Made by a program: the position numbers and the translations under genes | Part shown: positions 10,240 to 20,855 of the stretch, one piece after another | Layout of the letters: each line of letters starts with the position of its first letter | Position numbering within the stretch: position 1 is the first letter of the stretch | Notes under the pieces: generated by a model | What the model saw: the letters and a program-made list of their open reading frames with translations, nothing else | What the model was told of the DNA's origin: nothing | The model's database searches: none | NCBI GenBank assembly: GCA_963705305.1 | Contig: OY970067.1 | Coordinates: 4,864,001-4,928,000, forward strand | Source of the DNA: an uncultured Methylomirabilota bacterium | Lineage (GTDB): Bacteria; Methylomirabilota; Methylomirabilia; Methylomirabilales; 2-02-FULL-66-22 | Length of the DNA stretch: 64,000 nt | Reading direction: 5' to 3'

Positions 10240-10476
10240 TCAGGCCAGATCGGCCGCGTACGCCAGGAGCGCGATGCTGCGCGCCCGCTTGATCGCCACG
10301 GTCAGCTGACGCTGGTGCCGGGCGCAATTCCCCGAGATCCGCCGCGGGATGATCTTGCCGCGGTCACTCACGAAGCTGCGCAGCCGCTTGATGTCTTTGA
10401 AATCCACCTGCACCACTTTGTCCACGCAAAACTTGCAGACCTTCTGCCGCCGGTACGTTCGCCGCTTCTTCAGCAC
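10240..10476 (-). CDS. rpsR: 30S ribosomal protein S18
   Basis: [39 protein letters not shown]. Confidence 0.97.
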   Translation of the reverse strand: MLKKRRTYRRQKVCKFCVDKVVQVDFKDIKRLRSFVSDRGKIIPRRISGNCARHQRQLTVAIKRARSIALLAYAADLA

Positions 10477-10588
10477 GCGCTTGTCTCCTCCTGCACCCCG
10501 GGGTGCGGGGCACCATGCCGGGCCCCCGTCCGCCGTTGCCGCGGCGGGCCGAGCCGTTCACAGACTCACCTCAATCCGAAGAACTCTC

Positions 10589-10670
10589 ACCGCCAAGGCG
10601 CCAAGGGACAATTCGAATTCCGAAGCTCGAATTTCGAAATTGAACGGCGTGGCCTTGGCCTCATGGCGGT
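10589..10670. repeat. Intergenic inverted repeat enclosing heptamer repeats
   Basis: ACCGCCAAGGCGCCAAGG ... CCTTGGCCTCATGGCGGT (15/18) around ATTCGAA/TTCCGAA/GCTCGAA/TTTCGAA. Confidence 0.6.
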
Positions 10671-10693
10671 TCAGCAGCTCTTTCAGACCAGAA

Positions 10694-11107
10694 CTAAAAG
10701 GGAACCTCGTCCTGCTCGGGGGCGTGCGAAGGCTCCGCGTCCTCTTCGGCCGGGGGCCCTCCGGAGCCAGCGCCCTTGCGGGGACCCAGGAACTGCACCC
10801 GCTCCGCCACGACCTCGTGCTTGGAGCGCTTCTGGCCCTCCGGCGTCTCCCAGGACCGCTGCTGCAGGTGACCATCCACCAGGACGCTTCGCCCCTTGGC
10901 CAGATACTCGCCGCACGTCTCCGCCTGCTTCCCCCAGACCACGATGGTGATGAAGCAGGTCTCGTCGCGGCGCTCCCCGCCCTGGGTCGTGTACGACCGA
11001 TTGACCGCCAGGTCGAAGTTGCACACCGGGGCCCCGCTGGGCGTGTACCGAAGCTCCGGGTCGCGGGTCAAATTTCCCATCAGGATGACCTTGTTGAAGC
11101 TGGCCAT
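10694..11107 (-). CDS. ssb: Single-stranded DNA-binding protein
   Basis: FNKVILMGNLTRDPELRYT; acidic tail DEVPF. Confidence 0.97.
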   Translation of the reverse strand: MASFNKVILMGNLTRDPELRYTPSGAPVCNFDLAVNRSYTTQGGERRDETCFITIVVWGKQAETCGEYLAKGRSVLVDGHLQQRSWETPEGQKRSKHEVVAERVQFLGPRKGAGSGGPPAEEDAEPSHAPEQDEVPF

Positions 11108-11109
11108 GC

Positions 11110-11460
11110 TCAGGCCTCCTGCGTGACCGGCTCGGGGGCCGGCGCTGCCTTGGGCTTGCCCTTGGGGCGTCGCGGCTCCTCCATCACCACCGTCATGTAT
11201 TTCAGCACCGACTCTGCAATTTTCAAGTGCCGTTCCAGCTCGGCCACGGCCTTCGGGGCCGCCTGCACCCGGAAGTACACATAATGGCCGTCCCGCCGCC
11301 TCTTGATCTCATAGGCCAGCCGCTTCTTGCCCCACTTCTGGATCTCGGCAACCTCGCCGCCTTCCCGGGCCACCACGGCCTTGGCGGCCGTGACGGCGGC
11401 CTCGACGCCGTCGTCCCCCAGGGCGGGATCCAGGATGAAGATCACCTCGTACGATCGCAC
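11110..11460 (-). CDS. rpsF: 30S ribosomal protein S6
   Basis: RSYEVIFILDP, WGKKRLAYEI; AGGAGG SD before GTG 11460. Confidence 0.96.
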   Translation of the reverse strand: MRSYEVIFILDPALGDDGVEAAVTAAKAVVAREGGEVAEIQKWGKKRLAYEIKRRRDGHYVYFRVQAAPKAVAELERHLKIAESVLKYMTVVMEEPRRPKGKPKAAPAPEPVTQEA

Positions 11461-11500
11461 TCCCCTCACCTCCTCTCCCGGCGCTCTCGCGCCGCCTGTG

Positions 11501-12112
11501 TCAGGCCGATACGCCAGCCTCGGGCGCCGTCCACCCGTTGAACCGATTCATCGCAGCATTCGCACCGTCCCGGATCACCTGTCGCGCCGCTTCCGCGGCC
11601 GCAGCGATGACCCGAGCCGCCAGGGCCCCCTCTGCGTCGAGAAACCCCGCCAGCACGTGCTCCGCCGCCTCTTGGAAGGTGGGAGGACGTCCAATCCCCA
11701 GCCGGATCCGCGGAAAATCCTGCGTCCCCAGCGCCGACTGGATCGAGGCCACGCCGCGATGCCCGCCCGCGCCCGCCCGGGCTGAAATTCGGATGCGACC
11801 CAGGGGCAGGTCGAGATCATCATGGATGACGAGCAGTCGCTCGGGGGGCAAGTCCGCCGCCAGGAGGCACGCGGCCACGGGGCCCCCGCTGAGATTCATG
11901 AAGGCCTGCGGCTTGAGCAGCGCAACCGGGACGGCGGCCAGGGCGGCCAGAGCGATCTCCGCATCCGGTGCGGGCGATCGGAACGTCGCCCCGGCCTCCG
12001 CCGCCAGCCGTTCCACCACTGCGAAGCCTACGTTGTGCCGTGTCCCGGCATAGCGCGGTCCGGGGTTCCCCAGGCCGACCACCAGCCAGCGGGCCGAGCG
12101 AATGGCCTCCAC
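11501..12112 (-). CDS. pth: Peptidyl-tRNA hydrolase
   Basis: VVGLGNPG..Y..TRHNVGF, HDDLDLP, GGHRG. Confidence 0.96.
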   Translation of the reverse strand: MEAIRSARWLVVGLGNPGPRYAGTRHNVGFAVVERLAAEAGATFRSPAPDAEIALAALAAVPVALLKPQAFMNLSGGPVAACLLAADLPPERLLVIHDDLDLPLGRIRISARAGAGGHRGVASIQSALGTQDFPRIRLGIGRPPTFQEAAEHVLAGFLDAEGALAARVIAAAAEAARQVIRDGANAAMNRFNGWTAPEAGVSA

Positions 12113-12863
12113 CTACTTCGGCTTGGCCTCCGTCTTGGGTTTGGCCTCGGCCTTGGGCTTGGCTTCTGCCTTGGCCTCGGCCTTGGGCTTGGCTTCTGTC
12201 TTGGCCTCGGCCTCGCCCTCGCCTTCCGCCTTCTCCTTCCGGCCGACCACCTCGGGCTCTGTCGGGGCCTCCTCGACCGCCGCCGGGGCCTCCTCTTCCG
12301 CGGCCATGGCGACGACGGACGCCACCACGCGGTCCGCGTCCTCCAGGACCCGCACCCCCTCGCCCAGGCGCAGGTCCCGGACGTGGACGGCGTCGCCCAC
12401 ATCCAGACCCGAGAACGTCCACCAGGATCTTCTCCGGGATGTTGAGCGGCAGGCATTCCACGAACAGCTGGCGCAGCGCATGCTCCAGGATGCCGCCCTT
12501 GTTCTTCACGCCCGTCGACTCCCCCTGAAGGACCAGCGGGACTTCCACCCGGATCTTGCGCTCCATGGAGATCTCGAGGAAATCCGCGTGCAGCGGCCGC
12601 CCCTTGACGGGATCCAGCTGGAGGTCCTTCAGGATCACCATGGAGCTCCGGGGGGCGTCCCCGCCCGCCAGGGAGAGGTTGATCAGGGTGTTCTCCCCGG
12701 AGCTGACGGCCGAGAGCAGATCGCGCGGACTCACCGTCACGGGCATTGGGCCGCCGGGACCCCCGTAAACGATGCCGGGAATGCGCTCAGCGCGCCGCAG
12801 GCGCTTGGCCGCCGCCTTTCCCGCGACGGTTCGGATTTCGCCTTTCAACTCGACTGTTGCCAT
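12113..12863 (-). CDS. rplY: 50S ribosomal protein L25/Ctc; +1 frameshift near 12415 (probably a sequencing error)
   Basis: L25 N-terminus in ORF 11820-12863; continuation SGLDVGDAVHVRDL..EPEV and EAKPKA tail in ORF 12113-12481; one extra T in GAC-GTT-CTC. Confidence 0.9.
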
Positions 12864-12947
12864 ACTCGCCTCCGCCTACCCACCAGTGAAACCAGGTGAA
12901 AGAGGTTCTCCGGGCGCCACACGCCGGCCGGCGCTCCCTGCGACGCC

Positions 12948-13898
12948 TCACACGAAGAGCGAGCTGACCGAGCTCTCGGTGTGGATGCGCCGAATCGCTT
13001 CGCCGAGGAGGGGCGCCACCGACAACACGGTGACCTTGCGGCTGCGCTGCTCGTCGCGAAGGGGGATCGTGTTGGTCACGACCACCTCCTCGATGGCCGA
13101 GCCCTCGAGCCGCTGGATGGCCTTCCCCGAGAGCACGGGGTGTGTGCAGCTCGCCAGGATTCGCCGGGCCCCGTCCTTCTGCAGCGCCTGCACCGCTTGG
13201 GTGATGGTTCCCGCCGTGTCGATGATATCGTCCAGCAGAATGGCATCCCGGTCCCGGACATCCCCGATGACGTGCATGATCTGGGCCTCGTTGGCCCCCG
13301 TCCGCCGCTTGTCCATGATGGCGAGGGACGTCCCCAGCCGCTTGGCAAAGGCCCGGGCGCGCTCCACGCCGCCGGCATCCGGCGCCACCACCACCAGGTC
13401 CTGCCAGGCCCCCTCCTCCAGTCGCCCCTGAAAGTACTTGAGCAGGACCGGGGCCGCGAACAGGTGATCCACCGGGATGTTGAAGAAACCCTGAATCTGG
13501 CCTGCGTGCAGGTCCACGGTGAGGACCCGGTGGGCGCCGGCGGCCGTAATCAGGTCTGCCACCAGCTTGGCCGTGATGGGCACGCGCGGCTGGACTTTGC
13601 GGTCCTGCCGGGCATACCCGTAATAGGGCATCACGGCCGTGATGCGGCAGGCAGAGGCCCGCTTCAGCGCATCGATGATGATCAGCAGCTCCATGAGGTT
13701 CTGGTTGACCGGCTCGCAGGTAGGTTGGACGACGAAGACGTCCGCGCCGCGGACGTTTTCGTTCACCTGCACGAACACCTCGCCGTCCGAGAACTGCGAG
13801 ACCTCGGTCTCCGCCAGACGCGTCCCCAGATAGGCGGCGATCTCCGCCGAGAGCTCCGGGTGCGCTCTGCCGGCCGTCAGCACCAGATCTCCGGGCAT
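12948..13898 (-). CDS. prs: Ribose-phosphate pyrophosphokinase
   Basis: [35 protein letters not shown]. Confidence 0.97.
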   Translation of the reverse strand: MPGDLVLTAGRAHPELSAEIAAYLGTRLAETEVSQFSDGEVFVQVNENVRGADVFVVQPTCEPVNQNLMELLIIIDALKRASACRITAVMPYYGYARQDRKVQPRVPITAKLVADLITAAGAHRVLTVDLHAGQIQGFFNIPVDHLFAAPVLLKYFQGRLEEGAWQDLVVVAPDAGGVERARAFAKRLGTSLAIMDKRRTGANEAQIMHVIGDVRDRDAILLDDIIDTAGTITQAVQALQKDGARRILASCTHPVLSGKAIQRLEGSAIEEVVVTNTIPLRDEQRSRKVTVLSVAPLLGEAIRRIHTESSVSSLFV

Positions 13899-13956
13899 GC
13901 CGGACTCCTTTCCATTCTCCTCGTGATCGCCGGCGCCCGCGGCCATGAATCCGCCG

Positions 13957-14835
13957 CTACGCCGCCGCGGCCAGGATCGGGTTCTCCGGGAGCGTGGGCG
14001 CCGCCACCCCGAAATATCCGGCCTCCCGCACACGGCCGGCCAGGGCCTCGGCCGCCGGCCGATCCGCCGTCACCGCGAACAGAGAGGCCCCGCTGCCGGA
14101 CATGCAGACCGGCGAGCCGCCTGCCTTCTCCAGGAGAGTCTTCAGCGCGCGCACCTCACCCCGGTGCGGCAGGACGACCGCCTCAAGACGGTTGAACGCC
14201 CACGCCGGCGGCCAGGAGAGGCGACCTTCGGCGATCAAAGCGAGGATAGTAACCCGTCCCTGCCAGTCTGTCAATTTCGAACTGGCCTCCTGGTACGCCC
14301 AAGCGGTCGAAATCGGCACCCCGGGATTCGCAATCACCAGCCAGTGCGGCGGCCAAGGCGTGAGCGGGGTCAAGACCTCCCCGCGTCCGGTGGCCAAGGC
14401 CAGGCTCGGTCCCAGAAAGAACGGCACGTCGCTCCCCAGTCGGCCCGCCAGCTCGCGCAGTTGGTCCAGCGGCAAACCGAGCTCGAGCAAACGGTTCGCT
14501 CCCGCCAGCACCGCGGCCGCATTGCTCGATCCGCCTCCCAGCCCTCCAGCCACAGGGATGCGTTTCTCCAGGCGGATCTCCAGCCCCTCCCCGTTGCCGG
14601 CCGCTTCCAGCAGGAGCACTGCGGCTTTGTAGGCGAGATTGCCACGCCCCTCCGGAACACCCACCCCCGCGGCAATCAGCCGGACCCCTCGCCGAAGGGG
14701 TGCCAGGGTCACCGTATCGCAGAGGTCCACGAGCTGCATCACCGATTCGATATCGTGGTACCCGTCCGGACGCCGCCCCACGATCTCCAGAAAGAGATTG
14801 ATCTTGGCCGGCGACGGCATCACCAGGCGATCCAC
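13957..14835 (-). CDS. ispE: 4-(CDP)-2-C-methyl-D-erythritol kinase
   Basis: [28 protein letters not shown]. Confidence 0.96.
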   Translation of the reverse strand: MDRLVMPSPAKINLFLEIVGRRPDGYHDIESVMQLVDLCDTVTLAPLRRGVRLIAAGVGVPEGRGNLAYKAAVLLLEAAGNGEGLEIRLEKRIPVAGGLGGGSSNAAAVLAGANRLLELGLPLDQLRELAGRLGSDVPFFLGPSLALATGRGEVLTPLTPWPPHWLVIANPGVPISTAWAYQEASSKLTDWQGRVTILALIAEGRLSWPPAWAFNRLEAVVLPHRGEVRALKTLLEKAGGSPVCMSGSGASLFAVTADRPAAEALAGRVREAGYFGVAAPTLPENPILAAAA

Positions 14836-14847
14836 CGCACAGGCCTC

Positions 14848-15675
14848 CTACGGCACGCGGCCGGGCGCAGGCCCTTCCGGCAGCGCCCGATCCAGATCCA
14901 CGAAGCGGGTGTCGGTTCCCGCCGGTCTGGCCAGCTCGAACAGGTCCGGCTCGATCGGCGTGTTGATCCGGAGCTGCTCGTAGTGAAGTCGGAATCGTCC
15001 CCCGCTCGCGAGCACCTCCGCGCGAATCTCGAACGGAACACTCGCCCCGTCCAGCTGGCGCCGGTCCTCGAACTGAAAGGAGAGCAGCGGCCCCGACGCG
15101 TCCCCCATTTCTCCCCGCTCCACCCGGATCCCCCCGGGAGCCGTCCATAGCCGCTGCCAGAAGGGGCCGTCCACCGACTCCACACGAACACTGGCCCCAT
15201 CGGGGGTCAGCACCAGCCGGGGATCGTCCGAGGGAAGCGGCAGGGGCGGCAACCCCGCCAGCAGGCGCAGCAGCGGCCCCGGCGGCAGCGGAAGCCGGAC
15301 CAGCCGGGCTAGAGTCTGGCGGGTCGCCCGCCCCGCACCGAACTCGTGGCGCAGCAGGTTGTGCACCCGCAGCTGGTCCCCGTCGAGAACCAGGATCAGG
15401 GCCGCGGTGCCCACCGGGCTCAGCGTCTCCAACCGCGCCCGATCCGGCAGGGCCACTACGACCACCTGACTGGCCGACCCGCCCCCCCCGGGTCCGTCAT
15501 ACCGTACATCCGCCAGGCCGCGCAAGGTGCGCAGCGCCGCCTCGTCCCTGAGCAGCGCGTCCCGGACCGCCCCCACATCCGCCGGCCCCGGCGGCGGCGT
15601 GGGCGGCAGCGTGGCGCAAGCCGCGGCCGCAAGCGCCACGGCCGCCCCCAAAAGCAGGCGGATCGGCCGGTTCAT
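14848..15675 (-). CDS. LolB/DUF4292-like lipoprotein
   Basis: Lipobox AAAC; sits in TPR-lolB-ispE synteny. Confidence 0.7.
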   Translation of the reverse strand: MNRPIRLLLGAAVALAAAACATLPPTPPPGPADVGAVRDALLRDEAALRTLRGLADVRYDGPGGGGSASQVVVVALPDRARLETLSPVGTAALILVLDGDQLRVHNLLRHEFGAGRATRQTLARLVRLPLPPGPLLRLLAGLPPLPLPSDDPRLVLTPDGASVRVESVDGPFWQRLWTAPGGIRVERGEMGDASGPLLSFQFEDRRQLDGASVPFEIRAEVLASGGRFRLHYEQLRINTPIEPDLFELARPAGTDTRFVDLDRALPEGPAPGRVP

Positions 15676-17432
15676 TGGGCGTCGTGGGAGGTGTGTTTGC
15701 GGGCGTCGTCGATTTTCTTCCGGAGGGCTGTGTTCGTCCCGTCCAGTTCCAGCGCGCGCTCCCACTCCCGGAGGGCGTCCGCAACCATGCCCTTTCGGAA
15801 GTAGACGTCCCCCAGATGCTCGCGGATCGTCGGATCATCCCGGCGGGAGAATTTGACGGCCCGCAGCAGCTCGGTCAGGGCCTCGTCCAGGCGGCCCAGC
15901 TTGTAGTAGGCCCAGCCCAGGCTGTCGGTGTACGCTCCGTTCTCCGGCTCCAGCTCCAGGGCCTTCTTGACGAGCGTGACCGATTCCTCCAGCTTGATGC
16001 CCTCGTCGGCGAACATGTAGCCGAGATAGTTGTAGGCATCGGCGAATTTCGGGTCCAGGGCCACCGTCTTGCGGAAGGCCACCTCGGCCTGGTCCGGCTG
16101 GTGGTTACGCTCGAAGGCCGCGCCCAGCTGGAACTGATACTGGGCGTTGTTCGGATCCAGGCGCACCGCCTGCTCCAGCTGCTCGACCGCCTTCGGGTAG
16201 TCTTTCTTCTGCACGTAGGTCAGACCCAGCAGGTAGGGGACGTTCCCCTCCTGCGGCCGCAGCTTGGCCGCCTCCGTGAAGACGGCCGTGGCCTGGTCGA
16301 GCTGTCCCAGCTGCCCGTAGATGTACCCCCGGTGCAGGAGGCCGTCGACGTAGCGGGAATCCTGCGGCATCAGCTTTCCCAGGACCTCCAGCGCTTCGTC
16401 GTACCGCTTCATGTCCTCCAGGGTCAGCCCCAGCGCAAAGCGAGCCTCGTCGTTGCTTGGGTCCTTCTGGAGGACGTCGTGGAAGATAGTCAGCGCCCGC
16501 TGGTAGTCTTCCTTCTCCGAATAGATCTGCCCGATGCGGGTCGAGAGCAGCAGGTTGCCGGGGTCCAGTTGCTGCATCTCCTGGTACGCCTTCAGGGCTC
16601 CGTCCAGGTCCCCGCGCAGCAGCTGCACTCGGCCCAGCCGCTCCAGGAACTCCCGGTTCTCGGGATCGGTTTGCAGGGCGCGCTGGTAGACCTGGGCGGC
16701 GTCCTCGTAGCGGTTCTGGCTCTCGTACGCGGTCGCCAGGCCGATCCAGGCCGGATCGAAATCCTGGTTCCGATCCAGGGCTGCCTGGAAGAACGCCCGC
16801 GCCTTCTCGGGCTCTTTCATCTCCAGGTAGATGCGTCCCAGGCTATACTGGGCCAAATGATTGCCGGGCTGGACCTTGGCCAGTCCCTCGAAGGCCTGGA
16901 TGGCCTCCGGGAAGTTGCGCGTCTCGGCGTATAGATTGCCGAGGAAGAGGTATGCCTCGGCCCGCTGGGGGGCCAACCGGATCACCGCCTTGTAGTGCTC
17001 CTCCGCCCCGCGTGCGTTCCGTAGCCCCTGATAGGCGGCCGCCATGACCAGGTGGGCCTGCACGCTGTCGGGGGACAGGGCCAGGATTTCCTCGCCCTCC
17101 TGGATGGCCCCCCGGAAGTCCCCCCTCTTGAGCAGCAGCGACGCCAGGTTGGTGTGCAGGTACGTGGAGGTCGGATCGTATCGCAAGGCGTCCCGCTGCC
17201 ACCGGACGGCGCTATCCAGGTCCCCATCGATCTCGGCCAGGACGCTCCGGGAATAGGCGTAGAACGCCCGCTCATCCCCCGGCCCCGAATCGGTCGCGGC
17301 TGCGGTGGCATCCGTACTCACGGCGACCGACCTGTTTCCTCCCTGCTGCGCGATGACTTCGGTGCAGCCCGGAAGGAGCCCGCCAGCCAGCATGATCACA
17401 ACCGCCCATGCCAGCACTCGTCCCTGTCTCAT
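15672..17432 (-). CDS. Tetratricopeptide repeat lipoprotein
   Basis: Lipobox LPGC; many TPRs; NYLGY..AD, DSLGW, EHLGD motifs. Confidence 0.9.
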   Translation of the reverse strand: MRQGRVLAWAVVIMLAGGLLPGCTEVIAQQGGNRSVAVSTDATAAATDSGPGDERAFYAYSRSVLAEIDGDLDSAVRWQRDALRYDPTSTYLHTNLASLLLKRGDFRGAIQEGEEILALSPDSVQAHLVMAAAYQGLRNARGAEEHYKAVIRLAPQRAEAYLFLGNLYAETRNFPEAIQAFEGLAKVQPGNHLAQYSLGRIYLEMKEPEKARAFFQAALDRNQDFDPAWIGLATAYESQNRYEDAAQVYQRALQTDPENREFLERLGRVQLLRGDLDGALKAYQEMQQLDPGNLLLSTRIGQIYSEKEDYQRALTIFHDVLQKDPSNDEARFALGLTLEDMKRYDEALEVLGKLMPQDSRYVDGLLHRGYIYGQLGQLDQATAVFTEAAKLRPQEGNVPYLLGLTYVQKKDYPKAVEQLEQAVRLDPNNAQYQFQLGAAFERNHQPDQAEVAFRKTVALDPKFADAYNYLGYMFADEGIKLEESVTLVKKALELEPENGAYTDSLGWAYYKLGRLDEALTELLRAVKFSRRDDPTIREHLGDVYFRKGMVADALREWERALELDGTNTALRKKIDDARKHTSHDAQ

Positions 17433-17860
17433 GACCCGTCCATCCTCTCTGGATTGCCGTCAGAAGCCAACGGCCGGGGAACCCCCGGCCGTTGATGGGA
17501 TCACTCTAGCAGGCATGGCGCACACCGTCAATCCGAATATCGAATGGGAGGAGCGAGAGGACGAAGAGTTAGCGGAGGAAGGCCGGCAGAACGCAACACA
17601 CCGATGCACGGAGACGCACGCCCCGCGAATCGGAAACCCGAAGGGGAGAAGAAGGGGCGATGTGACAAGGAATTAAGCAATCCTGACTGACCCTACCGGG
17701 CGGCGCAGGAGGGTCTGACCGTCCAGGAGATCGCCGATCGGCTCCGGGTCCCCTGCAGGATTACGTGACGGTGAGGCGGGCTGGCATTCCGGCCGTCCCG
17801 AGCGACAAACGGAAGGGGGTGCCCTCATGGGTCGGCATCCCCAGTCACGTAGAATCGGGA

Positions 17861-17889
17861 TTGACATGTATAACGATATGCGTTATATT
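17861..17889 (+). promoter_or_regulatory. sigma70 promoter with overlapping palindromic operator for higBA
   Basis: TTGACA-17 bp-TATATT; inverted repeat TATAACG-atatg-CGTTATA at 17869-17887. Confidence 0.75.
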
Positions 17890-17927
17890 TCTCCCATGAT
17901 AGGATAGCCGACCATCGCCGGACAGCC

Positions 17928-18221
17928 GTGATTCACTCCTTCGCCGATCGGGGGACGGAGAACATCTTCAATCGCCTGGACTCGCGCCGGGCCAGGCGCA
18001 CATGCCCCAAGTCGGTGTGGGCGACCGCCCGGCGGAAGCTCGACATGCTGAACGCAGCGGTTTCCCTGACCAGCCTCCGCCTTCCCCCTGGGAACAGGCT
18101 GGAGGTCCTCAAGGGAGACCGGAAGGGGCAGCCCAGCATATGTGTCAATGACCAGTACCGCGTCTGTTTTGTCTGGACGTCCGATGGTCCCGCCGATGTG
18201 GAGATCGTCGATTATCACTGA
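17928..18221 (+). CDS. higB: HigB-type RelE/ParE toxin
   Basis: LRLPPGNRLEVLKGDRKGQ.SI.VNDQYRVCF.W...VEIVDYH. Confidence 0.92.
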   Translation: MIHSFADRGTENIFNRLDSRRARRTCPKSVWATARRKLDMLNAAVSLTSLRLPPGNRLEVLKGDRKGQPSICVNDQYRVCFVWTSDGPADVEIVDYH

Positions 18222-18234
18222 GGAGGATCGGAAG

Positions 18235-18562
18235 ATGGTTCGCATTCCTACGGATGGCCCGCCGACGCATCCGGGCACCATGCTGCTTGAGGAGTTCCTG
18301 AAGCCCCTGGGGCTGTCGCAGGTGGAGCTGGCCGAACGGATCGGGGTCTCGTTCCCGCGGGTGAACGAGAATCGTCCATGGAAAGCGCGGCGTGACACCG
18401 GACACGGCGCTTCGGTTGGAGCGGCTGTTCGGGATGGAGGCACAGTTCTGGCTGAATCTTCAACTCGCCTGGGACCTGTACCATGCCGCCCACTCGCCGG
18501 CCGCGCGGAGTATCAGCAAGATCCGGCGACTTCCACAGGTGGCCGCGGCGGGAGCAGATTGA
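18235..18562 (+). CDS. higA: HigA antitoxin; +1 frameshift near 18370
   Basis: PTHPGTMLLEEFLKPLGLSQ..LA; removing one A in GAG-AAT-C gives EIVHGKRGVTPDTALRLERLFGMEAQFWLNLQ. Confidence 0.88.
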
Positions 18563-18785
18563 CCACGCGAGCATTTCCCTGGCCTAGTGGCGCTCCACGC
18601 ATATCCCGCCAGGAACCCAGGTTGGAATACAGGCCGGAGGGTCCTGGTGCATCCGCCGGTACCTCCGGCGCACCGATGCAGAATCTCTCGAGAGGCAGCT
18701 CAGGAGCCGCAGGGGGCAGGTCACCCCGGGACCCCAGTCGTTTGGGAGGTGCGAGAACACCGTCAGGTGGACCGGCTGAGCCCCC

Positions 18786-19205
18786 TTACGTGTCGGCTTC
18801 AAGGCGCTTGCCGAGACTCACAACATCGTCCACTTTAAACCCTATCCGCTGGTAGAACTCGATGACTTCACTGTTCGTGCTGCGCACCTGGAGGTTGATC
18901 TTCGGACAGCCGGCCGCCCGCAGGCGGGCCTCGGCCTCCTCCATCAGACGCTTGCCGATCCCGGCCCGCCGGCGCCCCGGAAGCACCGCCAGGTAGTTGA
19001 TCCAGCCGCGGTGCCCGTCGTACCCTGCCATGACGCTCCCGATGATTTCGCCGTCCAGGCAGGCGACCAGGAACAGGTCCGCCTGCACCCTGAGCTTCCG
19101 CGCGATGTCGCGACGGGGATCGTTCCAGGGAACGACCAGCCCGCAGTCCTTCCACAGGCGGACCACCGCCTCTTCATCGCCCGGGTCGAACGGTCGGATC
19201 TCCAT
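18786..19205 (-). CDS. GNAT acetyltransferase (YpeA-like)
   Basis: GYDGHRGWINYLAV, GCPKINLQVR, FY..IGF. Confidence 0.9.
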   Translation of the reverse strand: MEIRPFDPGDEEAVVRLWKDCGLVVPWNDPRRDIARKLRVQADLFLVACLDGEIIGSVMAGYDGHRGWINYLAVLPGRRRAGIGKRLMEEAEARLRAAGCPKINLQVRSTNSEVIEFYQRIGFKVDDVVSLGKRLEADT

Positions 19206-19355
19206 GCTCCTCATCTCCAAGCAGGGCGCTAACCCGGATAATTTCCGAAGGGGCCTGCGAGTCTTCGGCATCACATGATCAGCCAGTTCGCCTTCCCGCC
19301 AGAGCCCCTCTTCTGAGGCGGCGCCGGTCCGCCCGGGCCGGGAGCCGGGCGGCTC

Positions 19356-20576
19356 CTACGGTTGCGCCGGTGCCGCCTCCCGCTCGCGAGCCTCCTCCAG
19401 CGCCTGCCACAGTCCCTCCTGCGTCTCCAGGGGCTGCCGCTCCGCCTCGAGCAACTTCTGTTGGGCCTCGAGCACTCCCGCCTCGCTTTTCGTCGTCTCG
19501 ACCCGGAACTTGAACAGCTCGCTCGGAATCGCCACGATCGACTTCGCCAGCTCCACCGGGATGCTCACGAATCCGACCGCCTCGCTCGGCCGGGTGATCT
19601 TCGAGCTCTTCAACATCCCGTTCTCGAACTCGACCATCTGCGTGAACTTCACGAATGCGGGCCGGGCGATGTCGAATGCAAGGACGGGGGCGGCGTTCGG
19701 GAGATAGATCGTCTGGGCGGTCCGAACGCTTTCCGTGGCGTCCGACTCCTCCCTGGTCCGAAAGCTGATGACGTAGGGCAAAGCGGGGCGATAATAAATG
19801 CCGTCCCGCGCCTCGCCTGAGGCGGGCGTCGGGGTGAGCGCGTCGCCCGCCGGGGGGAAAGCGGGCGGCCGGACGTCGACGACAAGATTGCATCCCCGCG
19901 TGTCCAGATCCCGATTGAGGGCTTCGACCGCCCCGGCGTCCGTCGGGTCGAGGATCGCTTCGTATCGGAAGGGTCCCTGCTTGCGGTCCAGGGCCTTCAC
20001 GCCTGTGGGTAATCCGGTCGACGCCTTCATGACTTCCTTGGCCAGCTCGGCGACCTTCACCACTACCTGACCGGCCTTTCCTTCCGAAGTTGTCTCCACC
20101 TTGGCGAGGAGCCCGTTGGCGGCCAGGGTGATCGTCACCTGATCGTCGGCGAAGATATCACCCAGATGGGAGAGCGTGAACAGGTAGCGGGGGTCGGGTT
20201 CCGTCAGCGTCTCCTGCAGGGTCAGCGTGCACGCCCTCCCCGTGGCAATTCCCGCCGTGGTTGTCTTTGACGTCTCCGAGGTGGTTGTGGTCGACTTCCT
20301 GGTAGTCTTCTCCCCCTCGGTGGTTTCGGTCGTTGCGGCTTTGGACTCCCGCTCCCTGGAGATCTTCCGCTCGCCGGCCGCACTCTTCCGCTCGGCGATC
20401 AACCGGACCTTCACCATGGGCAGGAAGTAGTAGGCGGTGGCCGGGGAGGGATCGTTGACGGACGAGGCGGTCGTCAGGTGTCTCGACGCCACCACGCCAC
20501 CGCAGCCGCCGAGCAGTACGGGCCAGGCGAACAGCCAGCCTGCGAGCGCGATGCCGATGCGCGGGAGCCTCCTCAT
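19356..20576 (-). CDS. Hypothetical lipoprotein (possibly DUF4831-like)
   Basis: Lipobox LGGC, SD GGAGG, C-terminal coiled coil. Confidence 0.7.
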   Translation of the reverse strand: MRRLPRIGIALAGWLFAWPVLLGGCGGVVASRHLTTASSVNDPSPATAYYFLPMVKVRLIAERKSAAGERKISRERESKAATTETTEGEKTTRKSTTTTSETSKTTTAGIATGRACTLTLQETLTEPDPRYLFTLSHLGDIFADDQVTITLAANGLLAKVETTSEGKAGQVVVKVAELAKEVMKASTGLPTGVKALDRKQGPFRYEAILDPTDAGAVEALNRDLDTRGCNLVVDVRPPAFPPAGDALTPTPASGEARDGIYYRPALPYVISFRTREESDATESVRTAQTIYLPNAAPVLAFDIARPAFVKFTQMVEFENGMLKSSKITRPSEAVGFVSIPVELAKSIVAIPSELFKFRVETTKSEAGVLEAQQKLLEAERQPLETQEGLWQALEEAREREAAPAQP

Positions 20577-20855
20577 TGCGTCCTCCTCCGTCTCACAGGG
20601 CCAGGCCAGACGGTTACGGGTCGGCCCTGCCCGGTTGCGCGGGCGTCTGGGGGATCGGGAGACTCTTGAACCTTCTTGGCCGATACGCGTGTATAGGGCG
20701 GGGGCGTGCCGGGGCTCCGGGGCCCGGGCGGCTCCCGTTCGGTTCGGATGGCACTGCTGGATCCCGGCAGCGGAGCGATCTCGCTGGGCCGGTGGGGGAC
20801 GCTCTGTGCCGGAGGAAATGGGGTGATGAATTCTATCCGGAAGGCGGGAAGGGAA

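Noticed and set aside
8639..10327. 562-aa DUF2232 ORF overlapping rplI
   Set aside because: The extension is low-complexity shadow sequence and one added base restores a stop at 9240
13899..13956. tRNA-Gln often found between ispE and prs
   Set aside because: The gap is only 58 bp and has no cloverleaf
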